DNA of 64,000 nt from an uncultured candidatus Porisulfidus sp. (GTDB lineage: Bacteria; Pseudomonadota; Gammaproteobacteria; Poriferisulfidales; Oxydemutatoraceae), in assembly GCA_965215125.1 (NCBI GenBank), contig OZ244052.1:128001-192000 (forward strand), read 5' to 3'. The notes beneath the pieces are model-generated. The model was not told the DNA's origin, did not search any database, and worked only from the letters and a program-made list of their open reading frames with translations. Positions 25,301-40,300 of the stretch are shown one piece after another; position 1 is the stretch's first letter, and each line of letters begins with the position of its first letter. The position numbers were made by a program, and so were the translations under genes.

Positions 25301-28300
25301 ATAGAGCGTATAGCGCACCGTCTCGGCGGCACCTTTAACCTCTACGACGATTTCGTTAACATCGAAGCGGGATAGCGTAATCACGCCGCTGGGCTTACCG
25401 CTGTCAATATCGGTATTCTCGTCTGTTAGCATGCCGTTCACACGGACGCTATAAGTGGCAGACGAATCCTGTGCGGTGCCGATCAATACGAGTTCGGGTG
25501 TGGCACTGCCGAAAGTGCCGAAATAAGCACCGCCGACATTCTGTGCCGTCGCATCGAAGGGGGGAGACAGCTCCGTGGTACCTTGGGCAACGAGTGATTT
25601 TAAGCCGTAGCGCACTTTGGGGGCAATCAGCGTGCCGCATACCGGCAGCCGAGGCGATGTAGTGTCCGATGTACTGTCCTCGGCACTAAGACACGCCGGG
25701 CGACCCAGCACCTCGGTTGCCGAAGTGTATTTGAGGATCGGGTATTGCTCGGCAGTACCGAAATCCCAGTTTTCCTTGCGCCATAAGTAATAGACACCGG
25801 TCGCCGTGCTACTCGGCTCGGTTGCCGCCCGCAACTGCTGCGCGGTTCTTGCAAATGTGTTTAATATCTCATCATTACCCAAGACATTGACATTATTCTG
25901 ATAATAATTCGGCACGGTAATGGCAGGGAGAATAGCGACAGTTACATTTCGATCTGAAAAAGTTCCCATAGCAGTATTTATAGAGCCGATTGCATAATTG
26001 GCATTTATTATCGCATCCCCGGTAGCAAAAAAAGAACTCAGAAACGCACCCGAACGAGTATTGTTTGAAGAACGAGATATGCTACCCCATGCATAGTTAT
26101 TACTGATATTAATAGCTTGTTTTACATTAGATCTGTTCCTGAGCAACTCCCCCGTTTGGCCGACAAATCCACCAACACCTAAAATACCAGCAGAAGGTGG
26201 GGTATTGTTATTGTTCGTAACCGAACCGACCGCAAAGCTGTTCAATATCGTACAGCCGTTGCATCTGCCGAGGATGCCGCCACCGTTGAAATTTCTAACC
26301 AATACTGCGACACTGCTCCTGCTGTTGACAATGATGCCGGTATTTGCCGGATCAGGTCTGGTATCGGCATTGACGGTGGTGAAAAAACCGATATTGCCGA
26401 CAAGTCCGCCAATATTAATGTTTCCTCGTACGCGACCGGTTGCATAGCTGTTGGCAATGCGCCCACCGCCGCGCAGGTCGCCGGCTATCGCACCGACATG
26501 CGTGCCGCCCTCTATGCGCACATTCGACAAGCCGAGATTGCGCACCGCCCCGCCGTTGTTGATAGAACCGAATAAGCCTACGAAGTCGGTGGTAATGCGG
26601 TGAATCTGCAAATTGGAGATTGCGTAGCCGTTGCCTTCAAATTCGGCAGTGAACGGATCGGCATCGGTACCTATCGGCACCCAACCTTGTTCCATATTTA
26701 TCATATTAAAATTTGCCACTCTCCAGTCTTGGTTTATTGCGCCTGAGCGGTAGCTGTTCGGGTCGTCAAAGTCCAAATCGCGCATCAGTTCGTAGCCACG
26801 ACATATCCCACCCGGACAGCCGAAGGCATTCGGTTCGGCATCGGGTGCGGCTTTATAGCCTATCTCGGTGTCTTGCCGGGTGTTGAAATTCAGTGTTGCA
26901 AGGTCTTCCAGATAATTGATATCTACCAAGCCGTCGTGGTCGGTGTCTACCGAGGTTGCCGGCACATAATCCAGATTGAGGGTATAGCGCACCGTCTCGG
27001 TGCCGTGAACCTCTATGACGACTTCGGTGATGCCGTCGGCGTTCAGAGGAATTACACCGCTCGGGGCACCGCTGTCAATGCGGGTACTCCCGGGTAATAC
27101 GCTGCCGTTCACATAGATGCTGTAGGCGGACGATTCCAAAGTCGTGGCAATCAACACCAGTTCGGGTGTGTCGTTGCGCACGGTGCCGGAATAAACACCG
27201 TCTATATGGAGTGCCACAGCATCGAAGGGCGGGCTCAACTGGATGTTACGGGCAGTATTGAGTGCGCTCAAACCGTAGCGTAGTTTGGGAGCAATCAGTC
27301 TGCCGCATACCGGCAGCCGAGGCGATGTAGTGTCCTCGGCACTGCGACACGCCGGGCGACCCAACACCTCGGTAGCCGAAGTGTATTTGAGCGTCGGGTA
27401 TTGCTCGGCAGTGCCGAAATCCCAGTTGTCCTTGCTCCATCGGTAATAGACACCGGTATCCGTGGTGCTCGGTTCGGTTGCCGCTTGCAACTGCTGCGAG
27501 GTTGCTCGAAATAAGTTTGCTATATCAGAAACAAGAGCTGTCCCTAACAACTCATCAATCCGAGTATAATTCCGCACGGCACTGGCAGAGGCATCTGAGG
27601 TAGTACTATCCAAAAATCTTGGGAATGGTAATGGATCGTTCTGAAAAAAGGAGTTCCCAAGTGCATAATTAGCATTTATTATCGCCCTCCTCAAAATTCC
27701 ACTACCCCCAAATATGCCTGGTCGAACTAGACTAGAGCTATAGAATAAATCACCCCATGTATAGTTATTACTGATATTAATCGCTTGGTTAGCACTGTTG
27801 ATTCCAAGTGTTTCTCCAATTTGACCGACAAATCCACCAGTACCGTTCCGAGTTCTAGGGGGGGCTTGAGTGTTATTGTTCGTAACCGAACCGACCACAA
27901 AGCTGTTCAATATCGTACAGCCGTTGCATCTGCCGAGGATGCCGCCGCCGTTGTAGCTTCTAGCCTCTACTTCAACACTGCTCCTGCTATTGACAATGAT
28001 GCCGGTATTTGCCGGCTCGGGCCTGGCATCGGCATTGACGGTGGTGAAAAAACCGATATTGCCGACCAGTCCGCCGACATTGATGCCTCCCAATACGCTA
28101 CCGGTTGCATAGCTGTTGGCAATGCGCCCACCCCCGCGCAGGTCGCCGGCTATCGCACCGACATGGTTATTACCGATTATAGCCACATTTGTCACACCCA
28201 GATTACGCACCGCACCGCCGTTGCCGATAGAACCGAATAAGCCTTGAAAGCTGGAACCCATGCCGGTGGCGCGGTTAATCTGCAAATTGTAGATTGCGTA

Positions 28301-31300
28301 GTTGCTGCCGTCGAACTCGCCGCTGAACGGTGTCGTTTCATTACCTATCGGCACCCAACCTAATTGATTTGCAACAGAGAAATCTGTCACTCTCCAGTCC
28401 GGGTTTATTTCGCCCGAGAGGTAGCTGTTCGGATCGTCAAAATCCAAATCGCGGACTAATTCGTATTTGCCTGCTAGGGTCGTCGCATCGGCATTGATTG
28501 CTTGAAGGTTTTCCAGATAATAGATCTCATTAAACCCGTTGCCGTTGCGGTCTGTCAATAAGCGACCGTTTCGGTAGCGGATATAGAGCGGATAATGCAC
28601 CGTCTCGGTGCCGACGATTTCCAAAACGATACGGTTGATGCCGCCTTCACGCAGGGTTATCGGTGCCGAAGACTTGCCACTGACGATGCTTTGGTCGGGC
28701 GTGCCGGCGGCACCTATATAGATGTTGATGGTCGTATTAGCTTGCATTGCGGTCGGGATCAAGCGGATCGGGTTGGCGGCAACGATGCCGGAATAACTGC
28801 CGGTTAAATCGCTGTGCTTATCCTCGAAAGGTGGGAATAACAGGTTATCGTCGGCGAGGCTGAGGTCTTTCAAACCATTGCGGATTTGTGGTGAGATTGG
28901 ATCGCCGCAGGTGGGCAGACCGTCGCCGTCGCAGATGCGCTGACCGCTGCGGTCGGGATTTTGGATGTATTTGAGGGTCGGGTATTGTGTGTTGGTGCCG
29001 AAATCCCAGTCGGCGGCATCCCAATCCGCATAGATGCCGTCTGCGGCATTTTGATTAGTCGGTGCTTGCAGTTCCGCCGTAGTTTTGCCGGTGCCGGCAG
29101 CACTGGTATCCAGTGTGCTGGTCTCGCTATTCCAATAACTGCTCAGCGCAGTCCCCATCCCTTGTCCGACCAAACCACCGATATCGGATGCGCCGCTACC
29201 GGATATACGACCGATTGAATAACTATAGCGCATCGTGTTGACGCCGAATGCGCTACCGACTAAGCCCCCCGTGGCCTCGGCCTCGTTGCCGCTCAGCGCA
29301 CCTGTTGCATAGCTGTTGCCGATTTCGGCGGCAGCGTTCTTTTGTCCCACAAAACCCCCTACCGACCGATTATTATTACCGATGACAATCACATCGGCAG
29401 TCGCATAGCTATTGGAGATGTCACCACGGGCATGCAACCCGACGAAACCACCGACGACGCGCTGTGCCGAAACGGTACCTTCCGCATAACTGTTGACGAT
29501 GCCGGGGTTGCCGCCATCGATGATGCCGATAGAGCCGGCTAATCCTCCGACATTCTCCGTGCCTTCAAGCAACGTAACCGCAAAGCTGTTGGCAATCAAA
29601 GCCGATCCTAGATGACCGCCGACCAAACCACCGACAAGGTTTCTGGCGGAGATTTTGCCGATCACAGAACCACCGACGACGACACCTCGGTTTATGCCGA
29701 CCAACGCACCCACCCAATCCCGGGCTTCTATTTCTACTTCGGTCAAACCGAGATTGCGGACGATGCCGCGCTCGGCAACGCTACCGAATAGCCCTTGGTA
29801 ATCATTGTTGTCGCGGTTGATTTGCAGACCCGAGATGGTATAGCCGTTGCCGTCAAACTCACCGCTAAACGGTGTCGTTTCATTGCCTATCGACACCCAA
29901 CCTTGTGGAGAGACATTATCGAAACTTGCCACTCTCCAGTCCGTGTTTATTGCACCCGAAAGGTAGCTGTCCGGGTCGTTGAAATCCAGGTTACGCGCCA
30001 ATATGTATTCGCGGGCTAAGGTTGCGGTACTGTTATTGATCGCTTGGAGTGCATCGAGACTGTCGATCTCGATGATGCCGACGACTATCGGCGGAGCAGC
30101 ATATCGTATATACATCGGATAGTGAACCGTCGCGGTGGTGTTGTCGGCCAGCTTTGAGACGATTTCCAATACGATGGGAGTGATGCCCGCAAGGGATAAT
30201 GTTATCGGTGTGCCGGTCGTACCACTGGCGATACGCTGGTCGGGTTCGCTTCGGTCGGCAACGGAACCGAGGTAGACATTGATTGTCGCACTAGACTGCT
30301 GTGCCGTCGGAATCAGACGAATCGGGTTGACATCGGTGTCACCGAAATAGGCGGCATTGCCGTCGCCGAAAGGTGGATCCAATTTGCCCGACGCTAATTT
30401 CAGATCCTTCAAACCATAGCGGATTTGCGGTGCGATTAAATCACCGCAATTCGGCAAAGCGGTAGCGTCGCAAAGCCGCGGTCCGTTGCGGGCGGGGTTT
30501 TGGGTGTATTTGAGGACCGGGTATTGGGTGTTTGTGCCGAAATCCCAATCGGCAGTACTCCAATTCGCATAAATACCGGTTGCGGTCGTCGGCGTTTGCA
30601 GCTGCTCGGTGGTTCGCTTGCTCGCGTTCAGAGCTACGACATTCGCAGGGCTGATGCCGTCGGTGTCGTCGTTCCAATAGTTCGGTGCGGTGCTGAAAAC
30701 ATTGCTAATCACGGTGAGATTGTTGCCGCCAAAACCCGCCGTTGTGGCACCGACCGAGTAGTTGGCACTTAATCGTGCGGAATCCCTAACAAAGGCGGCC
30801 CCTAAAAACCCGCCGTTGCCGCTTGCGGTATTCCCGCCACGCACATCGCCGCGCGCATAGTTGTTGCTCATATTAAACGAAAATGCCAGGAGACCGACAA
30901 ATCCTCCGATGTTATCGGCATTGTCACCGACTCCGGTGACCGAACCGAGCGCAAAGCTGTTAAGAATCTCCCCGAAGTTTTGACCGACCATGCCGCCGGC
31001 ACTGCCACTGGTTGCCGACACCGCAACATTGGTGTAGCTGTTGATAACCTGCCCCAAGCCCAAGTTGTTGCCGACCAAGCCACCGGCTATGCCGGGAGCT
31101 GTGACCGTGCCGACCGCATCGCTGTTAAAAATCGCCCCGGAGTTTTGACCGACCAAACCACCGGCCGAGATGCCTCTCCCGAAAATCTCTCCGACCATAG
31201 AACCGTTGAGTACGGTACCGTCGTTTCTGCCTGCCATTGTGCCGACCAAATTACTACCGATTACCCGCACATCGTATAAACTCAGATTGCGCACCACACC

Positions 31301-34300
31301 GCCGTTGCCGATCGTGCCGAATAGCCCTTGATCATTTTGATCACCGCGGTTGATTTGCAGACCGGAGATGGTATAGCCGTTGCCGTTAAATTCACCGGTG
31401 AACGGCGTTGTCGCATTGCCTATCGGCACCCAACCGACATCGCCGGAGTCGGTAAAATCTTCCACCGTCCAGTCGCGGTTTATCGCATTGCCGAGGTAGC
31501 TACTCGGGTCATTGAAATCCAAATCACCGACCAATTCGTATTTGCCGTCTAAGGTCGTAAAGGTGTTATTGATCTCTTGAAGTTCGTCCAGATTATCTAT
31601 CTCGGCAAACCCGTTGCCGTCGCGGTCGGTCTGCACCGGGTCAACTTCATAGCGTATATAGAGCGGATAATAAACCGTCTCGGTACTGACGATTTCCAAA
31701 ACGATGGGAGTGATGTCTTGGTCGGATAATACAATCGGTGCGCCGGTCTCACCGCTGGCGATGCGATCGTGCGGCTCGCTGCCGCCTACGACGGCACCGA
31801 GATAAATATTAATCGTCGCATCGGACTGCTGCGCAGTCGGAATGATGCGAATAGGGTTAATGTCAATCGCACCGAAATAAGCGATACTGCCCTCGCCGAA
31901 GAGTGGTTCCAACCGGCCCGATGCTAGTTCCAGATCTTTCAAACCGTAGCGCACCCGTGGCGCGATTAAATCGCCGCAGTCCGGTAGTCCGTCGACGTCG
32001 CAGATGCGCTGACCGTTGCGGTCGGGGTTTTGGGTGTATTTGAGGGTCGGGTATTGGGTGTTTGTGCCGAAATCCCAATCGGCAATACTCCAATTCGCGT
32101 AGATACCGGTGTTGGATATCGGCGTTTGCAGCTGCTCGGTGGTTCGCTTGCCGGCGTTCAGAGATGCCAAACTCGTATCGCCGGTGCCGTCGGTATCGTC
32201 GTTCCAATAGTTCGGCGCAGTGCCGGAAACGGTGCTGATCACATTGATATTGTTGCCGCCAAAACCCGCTGCCGTGGCACCGACCGAATAGTTGGCGTTT
32301 AATCGTGCAATACTCTCAATGTCGGCGTACGAGAAAAACCCACCGTTGCCGTTGCCGTTTGCGGTATTCCCGCCGCGCACATCGCCGCGCGCATAGTTGT
32401 TGTCCACATTAAATATGCCTTCCAAACGACCGGCGAATCCGCCGATGGTATCGGCGGCGGTGCCGACCCCGGTGACCGAACCGAGCGCAAAGCTGTTTGA
32501 TATCGTACAGCCGCTACATCTGCCGACCATGCCACCGGCGGTGTCTGCGGCTACCGACACCGCAACATCGGTGTGGCTGTTGATGATCTGCCCCGAGTTG
32601 TCGCCGACCAAGCCACCGACCCGATTGGCGGCGAATGTTGTGCCGGCCGCATCGCTGTTGAAAACCGCACCCGAGTTGTTGCCGACCAAACCACCGACCT
32701 CGTCACCCCCGGAAATCGCCCCGACCATAGAACCACCGACGACGGTACCGGCGTTGTTGCCGGCCATCGCACCGACACGATTATTGCCTTCTATCCGTAC
32801 ATTCGGCAGGCTTAGGTTGCGTACCGTAGCACCGCTGCCGATGCTACCGAACAGGCCTTGATTATCTTCACCGTCGCGGTTGATGCGCAGACCGGAGATG
32901 GTATAACCGTTGCCGTTGAATTCTCCGCTGAACGGTGTGCTACTATTGCCTATCGGTGTCCAACCGGTATCGGTTGCGTCGTTGAAGTCTGCGACCGCCC
33001 AGTCGCGGTTTATTTCTTTTAAGGCATAACTCTCCACATCGCCGAAGTCCAAATTGCGTAGCAATTCGTATTTGCCGCCGAGTTCGTTGCGTATCGCATA
33101 AAGTTCGTCCAGATTGTAGATCTCGGTGAACCCGTTGCCGTCGCGGTCGCTCAGTTCGCTTTGGTAGCGAATATAGAGCGGATGCTCCACGGTCGGAGTG
33201 CCGACGACCTCCAGCACGATGCGATTGACACCCTCGGCTATGGCAATCGGTGCGCTGGTGGCACCACTGGTGATGCTTTGGTCGGGATTGCCGCGCTTGT
33301 CTTTGACGGTGCCTACATAGATATTGACGGTCGCACCGGCTTGCATTGCCGTCGGGATTAGCCGCACCGGGCTACCGTAGACCTCGCCGAAATAACTGCC
33401 GTGATATTTGTGATTGCCCTCTCTGAAAGACGGAGTCAGACCGCCTTCCGCCAACCTTACATCGCTTAAGCCGTGACGGAGTTGTGCCTCTATTAGGCTA
33501 CCGCAGTTCGGCAACCCGTCGCCGCCGCAAGCACGCATCACATCGGTGCCGGTAGACTGGGCATATTTGAGGACCGGGTATTGCTCGGCGGTGCCGAAAT
33601 TCCAGTTGTCGGTGCTCCATCCGATATATACATCGGGACTGCTTGCGCCCGGTGCGGTCGGCGATTGCAGGTCAATCGTGTTAAGCCCGACCAGCCCGGA
33701 ACCGCTACCGAAACTTTGGCTTTGACCGCTGCTTTGCCGATCCCAATAGCTTGCGGTGATGCCATTCTCCGTCAATAGCCCGGCAAGCCCGACAAAACCA
33801 CCGACAAAGACACCGGAACCCGACACCCCGGATATGGCATAACTATTGCCGATCGTCGTTCCGGTAATAAAACCGGCAAAACCACCGCCGGGAACGACAA
33901 ACCCGATTTCGGCAACATCTATAGAACCCATCGCATAGCTATTGACGATCGAGGTGTTTGCAGCCGCACCCATTAATCCCCCTGCGTAGCTGTCGGCTCT
34001 GATGGCGACCGCAGCATAACTATTAGCGATCGTTGTCCGAACGGTATCACTGTCCGACCGTCTGCTACCGATAAGTCCCCCTGCATTTGCAATACCACCG
34101 CTAATCTCACCATAAGCTCGGCTGTTGATTATCGCGATAGAACCGGCCGCCGAACCTACCAATCCGCCGTAGCTCGACAAACCGCTGCCGAGTGCCTCTA
34201 TATAAATACCGGCATGACTATTGATGACTTCGCTACGATCCGACCCTTGCGGTGTTACACCGAATAAGCCACCGACATTGCTACCGCCGGCGGTGATCTC

Positions 34301-37300
34301 ACCGACTGCATAGCTACCGATAACGGCACCGGCGTTGCTGCCTGCCAATGCACCCACATTAGCGGCGGCTTTGATGTTGACCGCAAGCAGACCGAGGTTG
34401 CGCACCGTACCGTCGCCACCGATGGTGCCGAATAAGCCTTGATTATCGGCATTGCGGTTGATTTGCAAACCTGATATCGTATAGCCGTCGCCGTTAAACT
34501 CACCGGTGAACGGCGTGGTTGCATCGCCTATCGGTGTCCAACCGCTATCGCTTGTGCGGTCGAAGTTTGCCACCGTCCACTCGGCTTTATTCAATGTCGG
34601 GTTTGCATAGCTCGCATCGTTAGAGAAATCCAAATGCCTGATCAGCAGATAGCTACCGCTCGGGTTGTTGCGTATTGCGTCGAGGTCTTCCAGCGTCGAT
34701 ACCAAAGCATACGGGTTGCCGTCGCTATCCGCAGGGATATTCTTATAGTTCAGCGACAGTTTATATTGATCCACACCGCCGGGACTCCCTTCGCTGCCCG
34801 GCGTTATGACTTCGATGGCAACACCGGTCGCATTATTTTCGCTCAGCCTGATCTCATCGCTCGTTGCGCTACCAATCATACTCCGACTACGACCGGTTTC
34901 GTTTCCTTGTGCGTCAAAGCTGATGAAGCGAATCCGCGCTGCCGAGTTTGTTGCAACCGCAACCAGCCGTATCGTGGATCTGCCGCTTTCTACCACACCG
35001 GCATAATTGCGATAGCGAAAGTCAAACGACGGGTTGAACCGAACTCTATTGTTTGAAGAGCGCAATGCGCTCAGAGCCCGACGCGCAATGGGTGTACCAC
35101 ACACCGGCAAACCTGCACCGCCACAAGCTTGGGTGCCATCGCCGTCAACATCGGGGTTTTGGCTGTATTTCAGAACCGGGTATTGGTTGTCATCTCCGAA
35201 GTCCCAATCGTCGCTATTCCAGTCGTAATAGGGTGCTTCGGGATTACTCGTCTGTGCTTCGCCGGCTTGCAGGTTGGCAGTATTGACGGCAAAGGAATTC
35301 AAAATGTGTGCAGCACTCTGTGTAGTCGCTACGATAGGCAACGACGATCCATCGGAGTTTGAGTAGCTACGCGCAAGGGTACCACTCAAGGTACCTACCA
35401 AGCTCGCTGCTGCACGATCGCCCGTCATGACGCTATAGCTGTCGGCTATAATCGGCGATGTTGTGGTTGTGATGCCGACTAAATTGCCCGAAGATAGACC
35501 ACTGCTACCACCACGATAAACACCTGCCACATAGCTATTCTCTAGTTCTCCGACAATACCGACCAAGCCACCCGACTGCCCCGTCGCATATAGGTTAAGG
35601 GTTGCATAGCTGTTGCGGATTTTACCGCTTGAAAGACCGGCGAGCGCGCCGGTTCCTAGATTTGAACCACCTTCGTGCCTGAGCTCTCCAACGAAATGGC
35701 TATTGAGTATCAGCCCGGTATTGATGGCACTCAACCCGCCGCTATAACCTCGACCGGCAAGCGCATGGCTCACATAGGCAAGCGCATGGTTGTTGATGAT
35801 TTCACCAAAGTTGATGCCTACAAATCCGCTCTTGTTGGTCGCACCGCGCACCGTGCCGTGCGTATGGCTACCGATAATCGTACCGTCGTTCGTGCCTGCC
35901 AATATGCCGACACCTCTACGCAATGAAAAATCGCCGTTGCGGTCTTCTATCCTCGCATCCAAGATGCCGAGGTTGCGAACCACTGCAGACGCGTCGATGA
36001 TACCGAATAAACCCTTGTCGGTTGCGCCGTCATTGTTGATGCGCAGACCCGATATCGTATAGCCGTTGCCGTCAAAGGTGCCGCTGAACGGTGTCGTTGC
36101 GTCGCCTATCGGTATCCAGCCGCTATCGTCGGAATCGGCAAAGTCTGCCACCGTCCAAAAGGCTTTGAGTGCCGGGTTGCGATAGCTCGTATCGGCTGCA
36201 AAATCAAGGTCGCGTACTAATATATAATTTGCATCCAAACGAGTGCGCACCGCATCGAGATCTTCAAGCCATACGATCCGAGCAAAGTTCAGATATCTCA
36301 AATACAACGAATACTCTATCGTGGTCGCGTTGACCGCACTCGGCTTTATTTCAACGATAACATGATTGACAGCTGCCGGATTCAGCGTGATCGGTGCACT
36401 GGTGGCACCGCTACGATACACGCCACCTACCTGCGTCCTGCCTTCGCTACCGACGAGATAAAATCGGATCTCCGCTGCCGGATCGGACACCGTCACTACC
36501 AAGCGAGGGTTGTCGGCAGAAGATACAGTCGCTCTGTAATAACCGAGATCGGCATTAAACGCCGGCGATAATTCAGCGTTTACCGAAGTTATATTTTGCA
36601 ATAAATTTTGGCGCAGTTGCGGTGAGATTAAATCACCGCATCTCGGTAGACCTTCGCCGTCGCATATCCGAACGCTGCCGGTGCCGGCCGGTTGCGCGTA
36701 TTTGAGAGTCGGGTATTGCGCATTGCTACCGAAATCCCAGTTGTCGGCACTCCAGTTTATATAAATACCGGTTGCATCGGTCGGTAATTGTAGTTCTAGT
36801 GTCGTGCGTGCGGAACCGCGTGCACTCATCGCTTGTCCACTCGTGCCGACATCCCAATAGCTATAGAGAACGGTGCCCGAACCTGCTCCGACTAAACCGC
36901 CGACAGCGGATACCCGACGACCGGACACCGCGGCGATGGAATAACTCGCGCGTATCGTGTCGCTACCGAATAGCCTACCAACCAAACCACCCGTTGCATC
37001 GGCACCGTTGCCGTTAACCGAACCCGCCGCATAGCTACTGTCGATTTCGCCGGCAGCTTCCTTTAGACCGACAAAACCACCTATGGCTTGATTATCGTCG
37101 CCGGCAACGGCAATCACATTACCGCTCGCATAGCTGTTATAGATACCACCCTTCGTTTGTACACCGACGAAACCTCCGACGAAACTTTGACCCGAGACGC
37201 TGCCGATTGCATAGCTACCGATGACCGAAGCATCGCTGGCACCGACCAAGCCGCCGACTTTGCTTATGCCCGAAACATCGACAACCGAATGGCTGTTGAT

Positions 37301-40300
37301 GATCCAACCCACTCCCGGATGTGCGCCGACCAAACCACCGACGGTGTCGGCTGCCGAAACTTCGCCGACCGCATAGCTGTTACGGATGCGTCCTCGGTTC
37401 TCGCCGACCAGCGCAGCGACCCGATTCCGGCCTTGTATTTTTACACCGTTCAAGCCTAAGTTGCGTACGAAACTGCCGTGACTAATCCGACCGAACAGGC
37501 CCTGTTCGTCGGCATCGTCTCGGTTTATTTGCAAATTGGATATCACAAAACCATTGCCGTCAAAGATGCCGTCGAACGGGTTGTCGGTATCGCCGATCGG
37601 CAACCAGCCGCTATCGCCGGTATCGTCAAAATCGTCCACCGTCCATGCCGCCTTATTCGCTGGGGTTTCATAGCTCGCGTCGTTCAGAAAATCCAGATTT
37701 CGGCTTAATTTGTAGCTACCGTCGAGGTTGTTGCGTATTGCGTAGAGGTCTTCGAGCGAGTCTATAGTGACGACGATTCTGGGTTCGTATTGTAGATACA
37801 GCGGGTATTCCACGGTGGGTTGTGCGGCGATACTCGGGTTGATCTCAACGACGATGTGATTGATCGCATCCGGCTGTAGCGAGATTGACGCACCGACATC
37901 GCCGCTGCCGATTGCACCGCCTATGGCGGTTCTACCTCTGCCGTCAACTCGATAGATGTTAATCTCGGCATCGGGGTCATAAGCGGTCGGTATCAGGCGG
38001 ATCGTTCCACGCTCGGCGCGTATAACGCCTAAATAACTGCCGAAGTTTTTGCGTGTGCGGTCGGTGAATGGCGGTGATAACACATCGTCGCCGGCCAGCG
38101 TTAAATCTTGCAGACCGTAGCGGATCTGCGGGGCAATCGGATTGCCACACTTCGGCAACCCGTCGCCGTCGCAAGCGCGCATGACATCGGTGCCGGTAGA
38201 TTGGACATATCTGAGGATCGGGTATTGCTCGGCTGTGCCGAAATCCCAGTTGTCGTTATTCCAATTGTAATAAGCAGCATCGGGTGCGGTGTTTTGTGCA
38301 ACACCTGCTTTGAGTTGCATTGATGTTTGGGTGCTGGAATGTATTATCGTGCCGCCGCTACCGATACCGAGACCGGGGTTGTTATCGGCATCGCCGAGTG
38401 CATAGGTGGATATCACTCGATTGGCCGGGGAAGCGGAGCCTTTGATACCGCCTCTGACTCCGGCAATGTTGCCTACTATCTCGCTGATCGTATAACTATT
38501 TTGTACGGTAGACCTAGTGCTTACTGCCACTATACCCCCGACAATATCGGTGCTACCGACGGTTGAAATAAGACCACTGGTATAGGTGTTTTCAATCAAC
38601 GAACCGACAGCCTGAGAGGCTGCCAATCCACCGACGAAATTTCGGCGACTACTTAGCGTTAGATTCAGCTCCGCATAACTATTCAAAATCTCGGAAGCAT
38701 TATCTGCGACTAAACCACCTATGGCATTCCCGGCATCTACCACCTCGGGGTTGACGATGGTGCCGGCGTAGCTATTCAGAATCAAACCGCTATTATTCGA
38801 TGCCAAGGCGGCAAAGGAGCGAGTGTCCTCCGCAGCGATAACCGCGGCATGGCTATTGATTATCTCACCGTAGTTGTCGGCAACCAGACCGGCAGCTCGG
38901 ACATTGCCTGCTATAAAATTGCCGGTGACATAACTGCCGATAATCGTGCCGTAATTAATTTGAACCAAGCCGGCGGCACTTTGCGGAGCATCGAGGTTCT
39001 GCTCGGCTTGTATTTTTGCGTTCAGCAGTCCGAGGTTGCGCACCACCGCACCTTGCGCAATCGCACCGAACAAAGCGATACGGTTATCAAAGTCGGGTGC
39101 GCCTCTAACAGTCAAATCGGCACCGATCTGCATATTGGATATCGTATAACCGTTGCCGTCGAAGGTGCCGGTGAAACATCTGCTCTCTTCGTGGCTACAA
39201 TCCCGAAGTTCGCCGGTGTCGGTGTCGTAATACACCTGCCCGATGCCGTGCCAGCCGAGGTGTGCGCCGATTTCGGCTTCGTCAACCAACCAGTCGCGAT
39301 TGACGATAGCCGACCTATAGCTACTCGAGTCGCTAAAATCCAAATGGCGGGTTAATCTATAATTTCTGCTTAAGCTATCCGAGTCGTCGTTTATCGCCGC
39401 AAGGTCCTCCAGATAGCGAATGTCGATCGGTAGCGGTTGGGCCAGGTTCAGGTCCAGCGTATATCTGAACCCGGCAACCCCGATTACATCGAGGGCAACC
39501 TCCACGACGATGCGGATACTCTCTCCGCTTAAAGTGATCGGGGCAGAAGTCTCGCCGCTTGCTAAATTGTCTCCCAGCCGTACCTCGTCGCTACCGATAT
39601 AGATTTTGGCAATGGTGCCGACACTGGTCATTGTCGTAGTCAATCGTATGACGCCGTCGCCGTCGCCGTCGGTTACCGTGCCGACGTATCGCGGAGAATC
39701 GGGATCAAATGCAGGGCTTAACGTATCCGCACCGACCAACTCAAGATCGGTCAAGCGGTAGCGTCGTTGCAGTGCTATCGGGGTGTCGCAGTCCGGTGTA
39801 ACCAAAGTACCACAGGCATTGCCGTTGCGACCGGTGCTGTGTTTGAGGATCGGGTATTGCGTATTGGTGCCGAAATCCCAATCGGCGGTACTCCAGTTTG
39901 TGTACAACTCGGGGCTCGTCGCATTCGGGCCGATCGGTGAGCGTAGTTGCGCCGATGTCCTACTTATACCTCCTTGACTAGAAGTCCCGGCATCCCAATA
40001 GCTTCTGGTTATATCAAAAGTACCCACGCTGCTACCGATTAGACCGGTACCTGCCGGTGTGCCTCTCGCATAACTATTGATTATGTCCGAAGCATTATTA
40101 AAACCAACCAACTTAGCACGCGCCCCATCAATTCTACAGGTTCCGCTCAATGCTGTTAAAGTGACATCCGCATAGCTGTTTCTAATCGTACTGATCGTAT
40201 CCGCATTACTACGATTACTGGTAAATTGATTGCCGACCAAACCGCCTACATGGCAATAACCTCTTGCGACCACCTCGGCATAGCTGTTGTGAACCTCCCC

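Noticed and set aside
22240-28300. Diversity-generating retroelement acting on the variable patches
   Set aside because: Differences include indels and all base types rather than adenine-specific changes, and no reverse transcriptase or template repeat is visible in the window.
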